Assembly: GCF_009914755.1 (NCBI RefSeq)
Contig: NC_060936.1
Source: the human T2T-CHM13v2.0 reference genome, Homo sapiens
DNA: 64,000 bases
Reading direction: 5' to 3' (one strand)
Shown: positions 26,060 through 38,519 of the stretch, piece by piece
Layout of the letters: every line of letters starts with the position of its first letter
Numbering within the stretch: the stretch's first letter is position 1
Program-made: the position numbers and the translations under genes
Notes under the pieces: generated by a model
The model's input: only the letters and a program-made list of their open reading frames with translations
Database searches by the model: none
What the model was told of the DNA's origin: nothing

Positions 26060-28100
26060 CGTATAAAGGCACTTTCGATTAAGTCTAATTAGCGAGCCCG
26101 AGCTAAAAGGCCGCCACAGCGGCGGGGCCCAGGGAGAAAAAGCAGCGTTCCCAATTCCCATGCTTCCAGCTCCAGGTTGTCGGTCTTTTGTCAGCCTCCG
26201 AAGCCAGGGTGCTCAACCTGGCCCCCTTTCTTTCCTGCTGGTGAGGCCACCCGCTTTGGGACAGAACTCTGGGCCTGCGCCTCAGCTCTCCCTCTTAGCG
26301 CCCCGGCGCCCCGGCTTCCCAAGCCTGGGGACTGAGCCCGCAGACGCCCATGGCGCATTGGCGAGCGCCCGGCTGGGAGTCAGCTTGGAAACCCACAACT
26401 CGCCTTTCTTGAGCGGCCAGACTTAGGATTCTTTACGATACTAACCTGTAATTTACACATTACATTATATTATATATTTTATATATAATTATATTATTAT
26501 ATATTATACTGGAATTTACACATTTTGATTCCGCCTGTAATTTGCCCTTGGAGCTCCGATGCCATAAAATCCATGGGATCTGGCAGAGGAACCCCCACCT
26601 CACCCCCTAAGGCCCCAGCTCTCCCTGAACTTCCCTAAGCTGCTACAAATAATCGCGTGGAAGACGGCCAAGAATAACCAGAAAATAAACACAGCTCCCC
26701 CGGCCCTCTGAACGCAGGCCGCGGGTCCCTCCAGGCCCCACCTGGCTCTTCTCCGGCCTAGGGGAGGCGAGGAGGCCGCGCCACGATCTCTGTACTCATT
26801 GTTCCCATGGCGCTGCCCTTAACCCTCGAAGGACTGCTCCCGGACCTCGATTCCAAGCAGGGTGACCCTCTGGCCTTTGTCCCCGCTGTCTTTCCTAGCA
26901 GGAAAACTGTCGGGAATTCAACCTCTGTCAAAAAATAAAAACAAAAAACAAGAACAAACACCCAAACCCCAACAACAAAGAGAGAACGCGGACTCCAGAC
27001 AGTTTTCTCCTTTCAACTCTAGAACTTTCCCGGAAACATAAGACACCCAGTGCTCATCGTTACACCCTTAGGTCTGCGCCTGCGGGTGGGGGCCACGGGC
27101 TGTGCCGGAGCGCATAGCCGCGGGTGTGCCCTTAATTTTCATATATATAATGAAGTGTCTGCGCGCTAACGCGCCTGCAAATAATGTGTGTGCGCAAAGA
27201 CGTTTCTGTCTACAGATAATTACGCGTAAATTATCCGTGGCAAACAACATATGCAAACGACATATGCAAACAACATATGCAAACGATTATCTATGTGCAG
27301 ATAATTCCATGCCCACGAGCCGACAGATTTGCAATTCTCAAGTACTTCTATGTGCATGTAATTCTACGGGCAAATTGTTCCGAGTGCAAGGGATTTGGTG
27401 TGTGTGTCAGTGATTGCACCGCTGAAAACAATTCTGTAGATGTGTCGATGCCTTTAGAAGAAAGGGCTCCAAAGAATCGTGTCTCGATGGTTGGTCAGCG
27501 CGCGCATCTGCGGCACTGGCTAAATCCCGGGAAGCAGCGCGGAGAAACAAAAAGTGCTTTTCTTCCAGCCATGCCTTCTCCCTGCGGAAACCGCCTGCTC
27601 CCTGCGCCGCACGGAAAGCAGAAGGCGGAAGGGTGGGTTAGGTGTTCTGGGTTCTCCGGCCTCCTCCAAGCTTCGTGCTCGGTGAGGTACGGCGCGTTCA
27701 GGTTGCTGCATCAGTTTGCACAGCGCTGTGCCGCGCTCAGTCGGGAATTGCCACAGACGCCCGATTTCCTCGGTGCCATGTGGGCTCCTAGCTGCCGCCA
27801 CAGAGCGGCCGGATCCTACCAGGGTTTCCCAGTGCCCGGGTACCTGCAAGAATCTTCCCAGGACGGGAGCAGTGGGCACTGAGCAGCGCTGCCGGGAGAA
27901 AGATGTTGCGTTTTGCCAAGCGCTCACCCGCGCTTCAAAACCCCAGTCGGTAAGACCTTGCGTCCCCCACGGGCACTAAAATGGCGAAGCACGTCCTGGC
28001 TAACGCAGTCTGTCTCTTACAGCACGCTCACGTGCGCCTAGAATTATAATACAATATAACACATCGTAATATCGGATATTATACCACGTTTACCTCCCAT
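26060..28100. promoter_or_regulatory. CpG island block 2 (core ~27.08-28.1 kb)
   Basis: High CpG density at 26060-26420, 26650-26920 and 27070-28100. Confidence 0.85.
27240..27286. repeat. 13-bp tandem repeat GCAAAC(A/G)ACATAT x3.6
   Basis: Units begin at 27240, 27253, 27266 and 27279. Confidence 0.95.
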
Positions 28101-30469
28101 TAGGATGTGTATATTGTGTTAGGCTGTGCTTATGTGTTTGTTACGACGTGCTGTGATACTGTATCTTTCAGTCTCACTACCACGTGCCACGCACCTACTC
28201 GTTTATTTCATTCGCACAATGACCCTGCAGGTAGGAGTCATTTCCAGCACTGCCTACTCCAGGCCCAGAGAGGGGAAGGCACTTACACAGAGTCACCCTG
28301 CAAGAAAGGGGCAGGGCTTGGACTGGAACCCACAGCCTGAGGACTGGCCTAGGAGTGAAAAGCAGACATCCACCAACATAGCTCGACACGAAGCTTTCCT
28401 ACGCCACACATTGCTGTTTCTGGAATAGCCCAACAATATATATTTATTTTATTACATTCTCACCATCTGGCTGAGAGGAGCCGCTACCAGCGTGCATGCT
28501 GCAACCTGTTGGCTGAGGACCCAGTATGGACAGGCCTCCAGTTCTACTACAGAACAATCTTGATCCAGCCATTCCCTCCTCCTGCCTCCTTCATTGGCTC
28601 CTCCTAACAACCCTAAGAGGGGAGTACTGTTATCACGGTTCACAGATGAGAGCTAGGTTCAGAGAGGTTAAATTGCTTTCCCAACATCACTTAGCAAGTG
28701 AGGGAAGAGGTTCAGCTTCGGCATTCAGACTCCAGAGCCCTTGATTCTGAAAGCTGCATTTCCAGACCCAGACCCGCTCCGAAGTGTCCCCAGTTTAATT
28801 CGAGTTGAAGAGTTGATGGAGGACCGCCAGTGGGAAACAGGTTCTAATGAGGATATATTCTTAATGTTTGGGAGTTGGGCACATCCTTGGGATGCAATAG
28901 AATCTCTGGATGTTGCCTCCCGTGGGGAGGTGTTCCTGAACTCCAATTAAAGTCTTTAGAACCAGCATCATGGTCCAGGACCTCATTGTAATTAGCTGGA
29001 GATCTGCAGGCTGCCTTCCTGATGACAGGGCTGAGGACTGATCCTTCACATATTCCAACCTTTCCTCCTCTTTGTGTGCTGCTGGAGGAGGAAGAGGGTG
29101 TGCACACGCTTGGACATGTGTTTAATCCCCTCTCCAGCTGCAAAAGTCAGGAGTCTCTGTGCCCTCAAAAATATCCCCAACAACTGGAAGACCATAACCA
29201 ACCACAGCCTTTAAGGAACTCCCAGAGCAGGGACTTCTGGATCTTCTCTCAAACTTCCCTGTCTCTAGGCAGAGATCTACACTGGTGAAATTAAGGGAAG
29301 GGAAAGGAATCAAGATCCAGTCCAGCTGGATTATGTGGACTCCTGCCCCAGGCAGCCACATATTTCCCACCACCACCACCCACCCATACCAAAGTTGTTG
29401 GGGGAGACTTTGTGGACAGATTCACTGGACTTTGTTAGTGTAGAACCAGCCTCTATCCTTGAGGTCTGTCATAGATTACAAGATGCAGGGGCCTGAAGAA
29501 ACAAAAGTGTTAGAAATTGGTGCTTTCTGGGGAAAATGGGATCCACTGGGATTGAGATCCAACAGACATTTCCTAAATAGAAAACATTGACACGGTTGTC
29601 CCAAACCCTAGCCCTGTTCCTCTGCTGCCCAGTGACCTTGGTTCAACACACACAAACACAAACACAGACACAAACACACAGCCTCTAAATGCAGGAAGAG
29701 AGTTTCAAACAAATACAGGAGATTTGTTTTGTTTGCCTTTCTTTCTTTCTCTTTCTTTCTTTCTTTCTCCTTTCAAGGTAAAAGGGGTGTATTTACACTT
29801 CTCGTGACATAATGGAGATGAAAGAAAATTAGAAAATTATGTGGAAATTTTGGCCCATCTTCTCATTTCCCTTATACACTTAATTATCTGGAAATTTGGG
29901 AAAAGTTGAGACATCTAGTGTGTGGATGACCAGAGAGATTGCTTTAATTCTCTAATTTGGGAAACCTGGTGGGGCTGCCTCTGAAGCTCTTCTTCCAGCC
30001 ATGAACATACTCAGAAGCCCAAGAAGCTCAGAGAAGATGCCAAGGTAACCACCACTCTCATCACCACACCCATCTCTCCCTCCCTTCTCCATCACAACCT
30101 TGGGAGCATTGTGGAATTTGCCAGGGAAAAATAAATCCAGAAGTACTGTATCAGAAAAATTCAGGAGAGTGAGCAGGCATCCAGCCACAGCTGGAGAGCA
30201 GAACACTGTGCTAATACAATCTGGACGGTTGTCCCCATAACAGCAGATGTTGACTACCTGGCAAATCCAGGAAATTCTGGGAAATTCAGTATAACATTTG
30301 GATAATTGACAGTTTTGCCTAGGTAATTCAAGAGACTCATGATGGAGGAATCCGTAATTAGGCAGCCAATTCAAACCTCTCTAAACGAGTTTAGGTTAGT
30401 TTAAGTTAGCTGTGTTTTGTTTTAATTCAGAATGCTCAGTTTTCACTGGAATTTCCACCTGGGCCACAC

Positions 30470-31130
30470 TCACGGAGGCAGAGAACAGCCCGTCCCGGTG
30501 GCCACTTTTCTTGGCCAAGCCCCCAGAGCAAATCCCTGGGGGCCCTGCAGGGCTAGAGTGGAGGCCACTGGGAGGGGAGGGTCGCTGGGGTCGCTGGGCG
30601 CGCGCGCGCGGAGCAAATTTGCCCGCGCGCACCCAGAAACGATGACATAAGTGGCGCTGATGAGCGCTGCGCGGCTGAAACGCGACTACATAAAGGGTCC
30701 GCCGGCAGCGTGGGCCGGAGGGATTGCTTCACACTCCGGAATTGGGCCCAGACACATTTAGAAATGTTTTGCTGGACGTGTGCCCCGCAAGGGCGACAGC
30801 GGCAGCCGGCAGCCTGGGTGAAGCTGCGCCGCTGGTCACAGGCTGGCGCGCGGCGGCGGCCACAGAGGCGTCCTAGGTGGAGAATGCTTCTGCCTTTGCC
30901 TGTTCTCCCCTAACCCCCACGTTTGTATGCCTCCTGGGGACAGGGGTCTGTCTGCAGCCTGCAGCGCCCCAGCTGTGACCAGAGAAGCATTAAGGAGCGG
31001 CGCGGGCAAGAATTTGGCATCAAAGGAAATACTGTAGGTTTCAGCATCGGTCTCTCCCGCTGATCGTCGGGCTCCGCGGGGCACAGGACCAACCTGGTCA
31101 CAGCTGGGCCTCCAGAGCTCAGCACCGAGC
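30470..31130. promoter_or_regulatory. CpG island 3
   Basis: (CG)6 run and dense CpG at 30590-30880. Confidence 0.85.
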
Positions 31131-31479
31131 CTGAAACTAATGGGATATTTATCAAATCAATGAATGAACCCAGAAATCAGGCTTTCAACCCTAACATTCT
31201 CCTCATTCACTATGAGACACGGAATGCCTCTCTCTGGCCCTGTCTCCTCTGTAGAGTAACAGGGCAGTCTTTCGGGTTCTGCCCACGCTCTTACAACTCA
31301 GTCATAAGAAGCGATAACCACAGAAACATCTGACACTAATTGACCACCTACACTTTTCTACGAGCTTTGCAGTCACTTAATCTCCCAACAACCATCGGGG
31401 TAGATACCGTTATATCGCCATTTTACAGAGAAGCAAACGGGAGGTCAAACAGGCTGACCCAGGCCGCCTAGTTCCTGCG

Positions 31480-32750
31480 GGGATTTGACGACTGTGGGAA
31501 TCCCGTGCTCGGAAGGCGGGCGTTGCTACAGGGCACGATGAATGTTGAGCCCGTGCCCCAATTTCGCCAGACTTAACGACAATTCCTACACAAGTCCCCC
31601 CAGCAACAAGGAGGGCCAGCCTTCGCTCCTGCTTCTCTCTTAGTTGTATATCTGGAGCCAAGGAGTCCAAAACAGCTCACCAGCTCTAAGTGCACACATA
31701 TCAGGGCTGGGAGCCGGAACCGCCTGGGCATGCGTTCCTGCGCGCTTACTCCTGAGGCCAGGGAAAAAGGTTTGCCTGCGATCCTGACCAAGGCCACGCA
31801 TTAAAAGACTGCGTGGAATCCTTAAAGCCTCTAAGAATCTAACGTCCTAAGAAAGACCACCCCAGAAGTAGATGTGATGTACCTAAGCCCTGGCATTCGG
31901 GCTCTGCGCCTCACCAGCGTCTTTACGCACAGGCGCAATTGCGCCGGGCACTAGGGCGCAAACCCGGATCCTGCGCGCTGGCTTCTGTTACCTCCCGGCT
32001 TCGACTTCGGCTGCTGCACACTCGTCAAAGTAATGAATGGAGAGAGAAAAGAAGAGGGGGGGAGGGAGGGGGCATTGTGAAGGGGGTGGAATATTTTGGA
32101 AATAATACCCTGAGAGAAGGAAATATGGACAACAGTTTATCAGCACCCCCGCCCCCATTGTCCGCATGTTTAAAACCCCTAAGTAATTTTAGATTGTGTC
32201 TTCAGTTAATATATCTCTCTCTCTTTCCCGCGGGCTGACAGAGAAGCGCGGTTGCTGCAAGATGTCTGCAGAAATAGGTCTTTAAAAGTTTCCACATTGT
32301 TTAGCTACACAAACGTGTTTGCGGTTCCCGAGGCCCTCCCCCTCCCCCACCCGCCTCCGAATCTCATTTCACTTTACGACTCCAATTGTTTGAGGATCCC
32401 CGCGCCACATAAATCCTGCTTCGAGATTAATCTCCCTGCTCGCTCGCGCTGGGCGCAGTGATTTTTTCTTTCTTTCTTTCTTTCTTTTTTTTTTTTTTTT
32501 TTTGAGTTCTTTAAAAGAGGGCGCCGGGCGGAGATTTATTAACAAGGAAAAATAGTTTATTTTTATAGCCGATCTCAGAAAGGTGGGGGTGGAAGTGGGC
32601 CGGGAAGGAGAGCGCTTCATATGGATAAACAGTGAGGCTGAGAAGGCCGGGGGGGGGGGTGTTAAAGACCACTTCAGCTGGCGACTTGAACTTTTCTCAC
32701 TGCCCTCAGCTCGGCTGTGGATGCTTAGCCAGGGGTTTGCCGGACTAAGG
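31480..32750. promoter_or_regulatory. CpG-enriched unique segment with G-runs and homeodomain-type AT motifs
   Basis: Many retained CpGs, G-tracts at 32056-32086 and 32649-32659, GAGATTAATCTC palindrome. Confidence 0.55.
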
Positions 32751-33485
32751 CAATAACTGGGAGGTGTGCCATTGTGGGTCGGCTGTTGGGTTGTGTGTGA
32801 GCGAGGATCCCATATATTCCCTGGGACAAGCCTCTTCAGAGACATGGAGCCAAGGTAGAATTCCCCAAACAGGCTTCTTCTCCTCCAGGGCTGTGAGCTT
32901 TGGGTTAGTTGGAGTGGAGGTTCTTAACATGACTCCATGGATGGCTGTCACAGGTCTTCAGAGCCTGGATGCTGGTCTCAAAATTGTATTTTGGGTGTAT
33001 TTTTCTGGAGAAAGTCCATAGTTTTCATCAGTGTCTCCACGGGTACTTTGCCATCCTAAAGGTTAAACATCTAGTAATTAAGGATAGAGCTAAGCTGAAC
33101 CTTTCATCTTTTCAAGCCACTGGTAGCCTGCAAACTCAAGTTGTGGTCTTCAACTAGTTTAGCATTGCCCTTGAAGAGTAACCATAGCCAGGAGTCCTAA
33201 TCAAGTGCACTGTGGAAGCCAGTTTCTGGGTGAATTGTGGACTGGTGATGAGCTTGTTTAGAGCTAATAATCGATTAGATCTGATACTTAGCATCAGATC
33301 AAGAACCAACGGCCCATGTGTTACTTTTAACCTCTAACTGGCTGTCTGACCTTGAACCAGTGGCAACTCCTGTCTGGGCCTCAGTTTCCCTTTGGGAAGA
33401 GACATTTCTGAAGTGTGTACATGTGTGTACTGTCTTTCACAGCCAAGAGCCTTAAGGGTACATGTAAGGAAAGAACACGTCATCT

Positions 33486-33802
33486 TGTTTTTTTTTGTTG
33501 TTTGTTTGTTTTTGAGACAGGGTCTCACTCTGTTGCCCAGGTTGGAGTACAGTGGCACATTCACAGCTCACTGCAGCCTCAACCTCCTGGGCTCCAGTGA
33601 TCTTCCCACCTCAGCCTTCCCAGTAGCTAGTACTACAGGCATATACCACCAAGCCTAGGTAATTATTTTTAATTTTTAAATTTTTTGTTGAGGTGGAAGT
33701 CTCATGTTGCCCAGGCTGGTCTTGAACTCCGGGACTCAAGTGATCCTCCCGCCTGAGCCTCCCAAAGTGCTGGAATTACAGGTGTAAACCACCACCTGGG
33801 GC
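33486..33802 (-). mobile_element. AluJ
   Basis: CACAGCTCACTGCAGCCTCAACCTCCTGGGCTC J-type arm. Confidence 0.9.
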
Positions 33803-34029
33803 CTGTAATCTTGTAATGTTCCATCCTGCATCGACAACTCCCTGAGCTTCTGGTGGAGAAGGATGGTTCTTAACCTCAGAGGGAATGTGGATCCCACTGA
33901 GAACCTGACTTTAGAAAGATGTACCAAAAAGAGAGAGAGAGAGAAAAGCACTTACTTAAATAGGCGATTCTGTATACAGTGTTGCAGGGCCCCTCAACAG
34001 GTCTTATGAGGCCCCCTGTTTAAAGTAAA

Positions 34030-34370
34030 GAGAAGCCGCCTCAGCGAGCCTCTGGGCTCCGGGCCATGTGAGCCGGTTGGCCAGAGCCTGGCGGGTTCCG
34101 TGCTTGGCTAGCCAGCGGAGCGGGGTGAGAGGGTGAGAGAAGGACGCTTCTCCTTTGATTCGCAGACCCGGGCGCAGCCGGAGACCGCCCGGCACCGCGG
34201 CGTCTGTCTGTCTGAGCGCCTACTCGCGGGTCCTCTGCTGCCCCGAGTGAACTCTAGGCGCAGCTGGACCGGGGTGAGGGCGCGCGGTGAGCCCAGGCCA
34301 AGCGCTGGAAGAAACGAACTGGGGGCCGAGTTCGGGCGGCGATCTGCCGGGGACCCAGTCCTGAGCGGCT
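34030..34370. promoter_or_regulatory. CpG island 4
   Basis: GC-rich with dense CpG. Confidence 0.85.
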
Positions 34371-35279
34371 TGTTTGGGATACTGGGATTAAGGCCTCAGA
34401 GGAGCACATGGCTAGCCTCTGCAGCCCTCGGAGGGTCACTGACGCCCCCTGCTTTTCCTTCCAAATGTCTTTCCCCGAGGCTGGGGACACCTGTTCTGAG
34501 CAGAAGAGGGCAATGGTTCAACCTGTTTGACCCCGCCCGGGTCTCCTTCTGCGGGAACATACGCCCCAGTCAGCTGAGGTGCCGGCTGACTTTCCCCAGA
34601 CAGTGCCAAAATGTTCTAATAACAATAGACAACCAAAAATAAGGCTTCTTCTACTTTATAAAGATCTTCCAACTCTACATCTTACCAAACGCCAACAACC
34701 CACTTAGTTCATAATAGAACTTCTCTCTGCAAGATGAGGAGGCTGGGTCCAGAGAGGTTAAGCAAGCGGCCCAGGAATGCACAGTAGTGGAAAGCCTGGA
34801 CCTAAACTCAAGACTTCAGACTAAATTTCTGTCATTTTCGACTATACCACAAACAATTTCTTACAACAGGTTCTCCCACCCCAAGACAAGGCACCCCAAT
34901 ACGCATGCTAGCATCGCGGTGGGATGGAGCCCACGCCAAGCCTGAGCCAGGAGTCCCAGGTCGAGCTGTGGGAAAGAGAAAATGCGGATCGGAGGTCAGG
35001 TGCACCCTTACCGGCAACTTGGGGTACACAACCGGGGTCCCAGCATCACCTCCCCTCGCCCCGCGCTCATGTCCCCACTCTGAGGCCCGTGGGCACTGAG
35101 GTGGCACCGACCTCCCAGGACCCCTGCATTGCCTCACACTTTCACTTCCCTCCCTGCTCCGCAGTGTCCATAAAATACCAGCCGTTCACCTGCCTATAGC
35201 GAACGGATCCGAGGGTGGAGGCAATGACTTACCTGGTTGTGGGTGGATGGATGAAGAAGGCCTTTACTTGGAGCCTAAG

Positions 35280-35560
35280 CCCTGGCGCGCGCGCACCACG
35301 GCGCGAACTGCTCCATCAAGCATCCACTGGCCTCCAGCCGCGTTTCCGGTTGTAGCACTGGGCGCCCCCAGAGTGGACCCGATAAGCTATCGGCGCGGCC
35401 CAGGAGGGGCGGTCAGCGGCGAGTCAGGGCACCTCGGACCGGCTCCCGGCTCCCGGTCCGGCTGCCTGCCAGCGGCCGCTCAGGACAGAAGCGAGATGCC
35501 TGCCTAGGCGTTTCTGGTTACAATCACCTCACACACCGGCCTGCATTCCGCCTCCCCAAC
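35280..35560. promoter_or_regulatory. CpG island 5
   Basis: GGCGCGCGCGC, GCGGCCGC and dense CpG. Confidence 0.85.
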
Positions 35561-36195
35561 CCCCATCCTTACCACGAAGTCTGAAGTCACACCTTCTCCC
35601 TGGCTGGGAAGCTTTGCCAGGGTGGGGGCGATGAGTGCCGGCCGAGGTTGTTAATCTAAGGAGCTCCAGCAGGTCCGTAAAAAGGAATATTTTCGGTGGC
35701 CAGAAAAATCAACATTGAATTAGGTGTGTCACCCGCACCCCCCCGCCCCCGCCCATCCACCAGGAGTTCATTCTCTACTCATTTAGCCGGGACTGCCGTG
35801 TGTTCCTGATTATTTTCTGGAAGGGCTGAAACATACAGTTTAACGGACACTGATGTGTTTTCCTTTTATGAAGATGAAGGTCTTACAGGGAAGGAGAAAG
35901 CAAATCTTGGTTCACAGGTAGACTGAAACATAATAATAATCATCATATACGTAGCTACCATTTGATGAAAGCTTATGTGTATTAATCCTTCCAAAAAGTC
36001 AATGTGGCAGAATGATTATTTTACCCGTTTTGCAGATGAATGACCAGAGGCTTGAAAAGGTGAAGTGACATCCCGGAGTGACATGGTTGTAGGGACATCA
36101 CCCAGTAGGTCTGTGCTAAAGGTTTGTGGAAAGTCTGAACCCTGTTGATCGAAAGAAAGGAATCACCCCACCCCCTGCACCCGCCACTAGCTGGT

Positions 36196-36339
36196 GGGCA
36201 GGCATGCTTTTTGGTAGAGGGTTGAGCAACGCCAGACTCACTGGACAAGAGGAATTGGAAGATGCGCCTGGCCTATTTTGGCTTTCCATGGGGTCCTCCC
36301 TGCCAGGGCAGAGTAAAGTTTAAGGAATTATTTGTGCAT
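36196..36339 (+). repeat. Dispersed local duplication, copy A (partner 37874-38018)
   Basis: ~144 bp with about 10 substitutions and 1 indel versus copy B. Confidence 0.95.
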
Positions 36340-36910
36340 AAGAATGACTCTTAACTTGCTCGGGGAGTGAGACTCTGCCGGATTCATTCTGGATAAGATG
36401 AAGTCTAGGGCTTTCCCAAACTTCTGTAAGAACCACAACCAATCCATCTGGGTTTCTCTGCAAGCCCAGAGTCCCCAGGATGAAAGCTCAGGCCCCAGTG
36501 ACCCCTTTCCTCTTCCCTCTCTGCAAGTCTTATTTCTCTGTTTGGTAAGGCCTAGGAGCCAGGTCCTTAGCCATGCCTCTGGGGTCACGCCAGGCTTTGT
36601 TGAACCTCCCCCCATCTGGAGAAAAGGGCTGCCCAGCATCCATAGGGCAATTAACCTCATTCACCCTCTCCCTACCAGTTTCCTTAAAATAAATGTGACA
36701 AACATGAGCCTAATGATCTGCTGAGGGAAGATCTATATGCCTCAGGTCTGTAACACATGGCTCCCTCCTTCCCCGGGCGGAGCAGGCAGCCCTACTTCAA
36801 AGGACAGCCTGGTTAGTGATATTGCAGGGCTTCCTGGCTTTCAGGAAACAAACAAACAAACAACCAAGTTCTTTGGGTCAGGATAACAGCCACAGATAGT
36901 AACACTAAAC

Positions 36911-36940
<30 letters not shown>
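36911..36940. repeat. (ATG)10 microsatellite at a MIR end
   Basis: Read directly. Confidence 0.95.
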
Positions 36941-36942
<2 letters not shown>

Positions 36943-37651
36943 AATGAGGCCAATATTTATCGACCACACGTGTCAGGTTCTGTGCTAAGTGCTTCACATG
37001 TGCTAACTCATCTGCTCTTTGCAACAACCCTAGAAGGCAGGCAATACAATTGCCCCATTTTACAACCAATGACTGCTGAAGTCGTGAAGTCAGGTACCCA
37101 CACTCCTGGAGCTAGTAGGTGGGAGAGCAAGATTTGAACCAAATCCACCAGTCTCTAAATAATAATAGGAGTAAAAAAAATAAATCCTAAAAAATTATCA
37201 TGTGCACTTACGCACATGATAAAAAATATCAGACAGAAAGAGTATGCAGTGACCTACGCCCTCTACTCCCTTCATTTCCCCTCCCCCCAACCACTAATAT
37301 CAAAGTTTGTCTTTTGTGTATCTGTTTATATTCTTCATATATGTGTATAAAGGCATATGTTTATAAAAAAGTCTTTTAAATTGCAAATGGAGTTCACAAT
37401 ACAAACTGCTTTGCATTTTGCATTTTTATTATTTGGTTAACTTGATACATTTGCAAAGTATGGTCTTTTCATCAGTAATCTTTGTACATAAAAGGAGATT
37501 CTGCCAAACAAAAAGAAGTGGATGTTGGTGGAGCTTGTTCCCTGGGGTTGGTAAAGAGTCAGGTTTTTTTTTTGCTTAGGGTCATTGTAGCAGCTTGAGG
37601 ACAGAAATGGGGGGCTGGGGCAGCAAGGGGAGGGAGGGACAGGGAGAGAGG

Positions 37652-37693
<42 letters not shown>

Positions 37694-37873
37694 ATATCGG
37701 GAAGTTCAGACATCTCTTACATTCCAATCAGAGATAGCAGATGTCCCAGGAACAAAACATGCTCATCCGCTCTTGGCACGGGAGTGTCACTCAACTTGCA
37801 GGAGATTTTCAAAGCCTTAAATGGTCTCTCAGAGACAGGGCAGAGCCATGTTCATTTTCCATTCTGTGCAGAG

Positions 37874-38018
37874 GGGCAGGCATGCTTTTTGGTAGAGGGT
37901 TGAGCAACACCAGACTCACTGGACAACAGGAACTGGGAGATGCGCCTGGCTTATTTTGGCTTCCCACGGGGTCGTCCCTGCCAGGGCAGAGTAAAGTTTC
38001 AGGAATTATTTTATGCAT
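37874..38018 (+). repeat. Dispersed local duplication, copy B
   Basis: Shares GGGCAGGCATGCTTTTTGGTAGAGGGTTGAGCAAC...CCAGGGCAGAGTAAAGTTT with 36196-36339. Confidence 0.95.
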
Positions 38019-38519
38019 TTCACTCCTCACTCCCACTCCCATCCCCAACACTGTCACCACTTAAATTTTTAAATTTTCTCTTTTATTTATTTTGGTTCAA
38101 ATTACTCAAACCGAGATTTTTTTTCCCAAATGGCGCTGGTGTTGTCCTTCATATAGTTTTTAAACACAGTTTCTTCCTGACAAACCCATGAAGCTCCAGA
38201 GTGAAGGCTTCCAGGCAGCCGCCCAAGTGACAGGTGGGAGAGGCCAGTATGGCTGTCCCCAGGGCCTGTGGAACCCGACTGGAGAAGTTGGAGTAGTCAG
38301 GACATGAGGCAAAGGCGGCAGCTTGCTGAAGATCCATACTGCCATGTCCCTTGTTCAGAAGAATAACAGCCAAGGATGTTGTCTGCCTCTCTCTGTCTCC
38401 TGGTCCCCTAGTTTCCTGTTCTCTAGCAAAAGATAATGACACCTCCCTCACCTTTTTGCCTGGTCTCTCCCTTTTCTCAATTTCTCTAACTCCTATTGTC
38501 TCTTCCTCTGCCCTTATGT

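Noticed and set aside
27277-27882. 201-aa ORF in CpG island 2
   Set aside because: No recognisable domain; starts within a tandem repeat; long open frames are expected in GC-rich DNA.
28040-28165. TAATATC-G-GATATTA palindrome and decayed pentamer-like periodicity
   Set aside because: Consistent with a degenerate AT-rich simple repeat at an island edge; too weak to interpret.
34133-34642. 169-aa ORF
   Set aside because: GTG start in a CpG island with no homology I can recognise.
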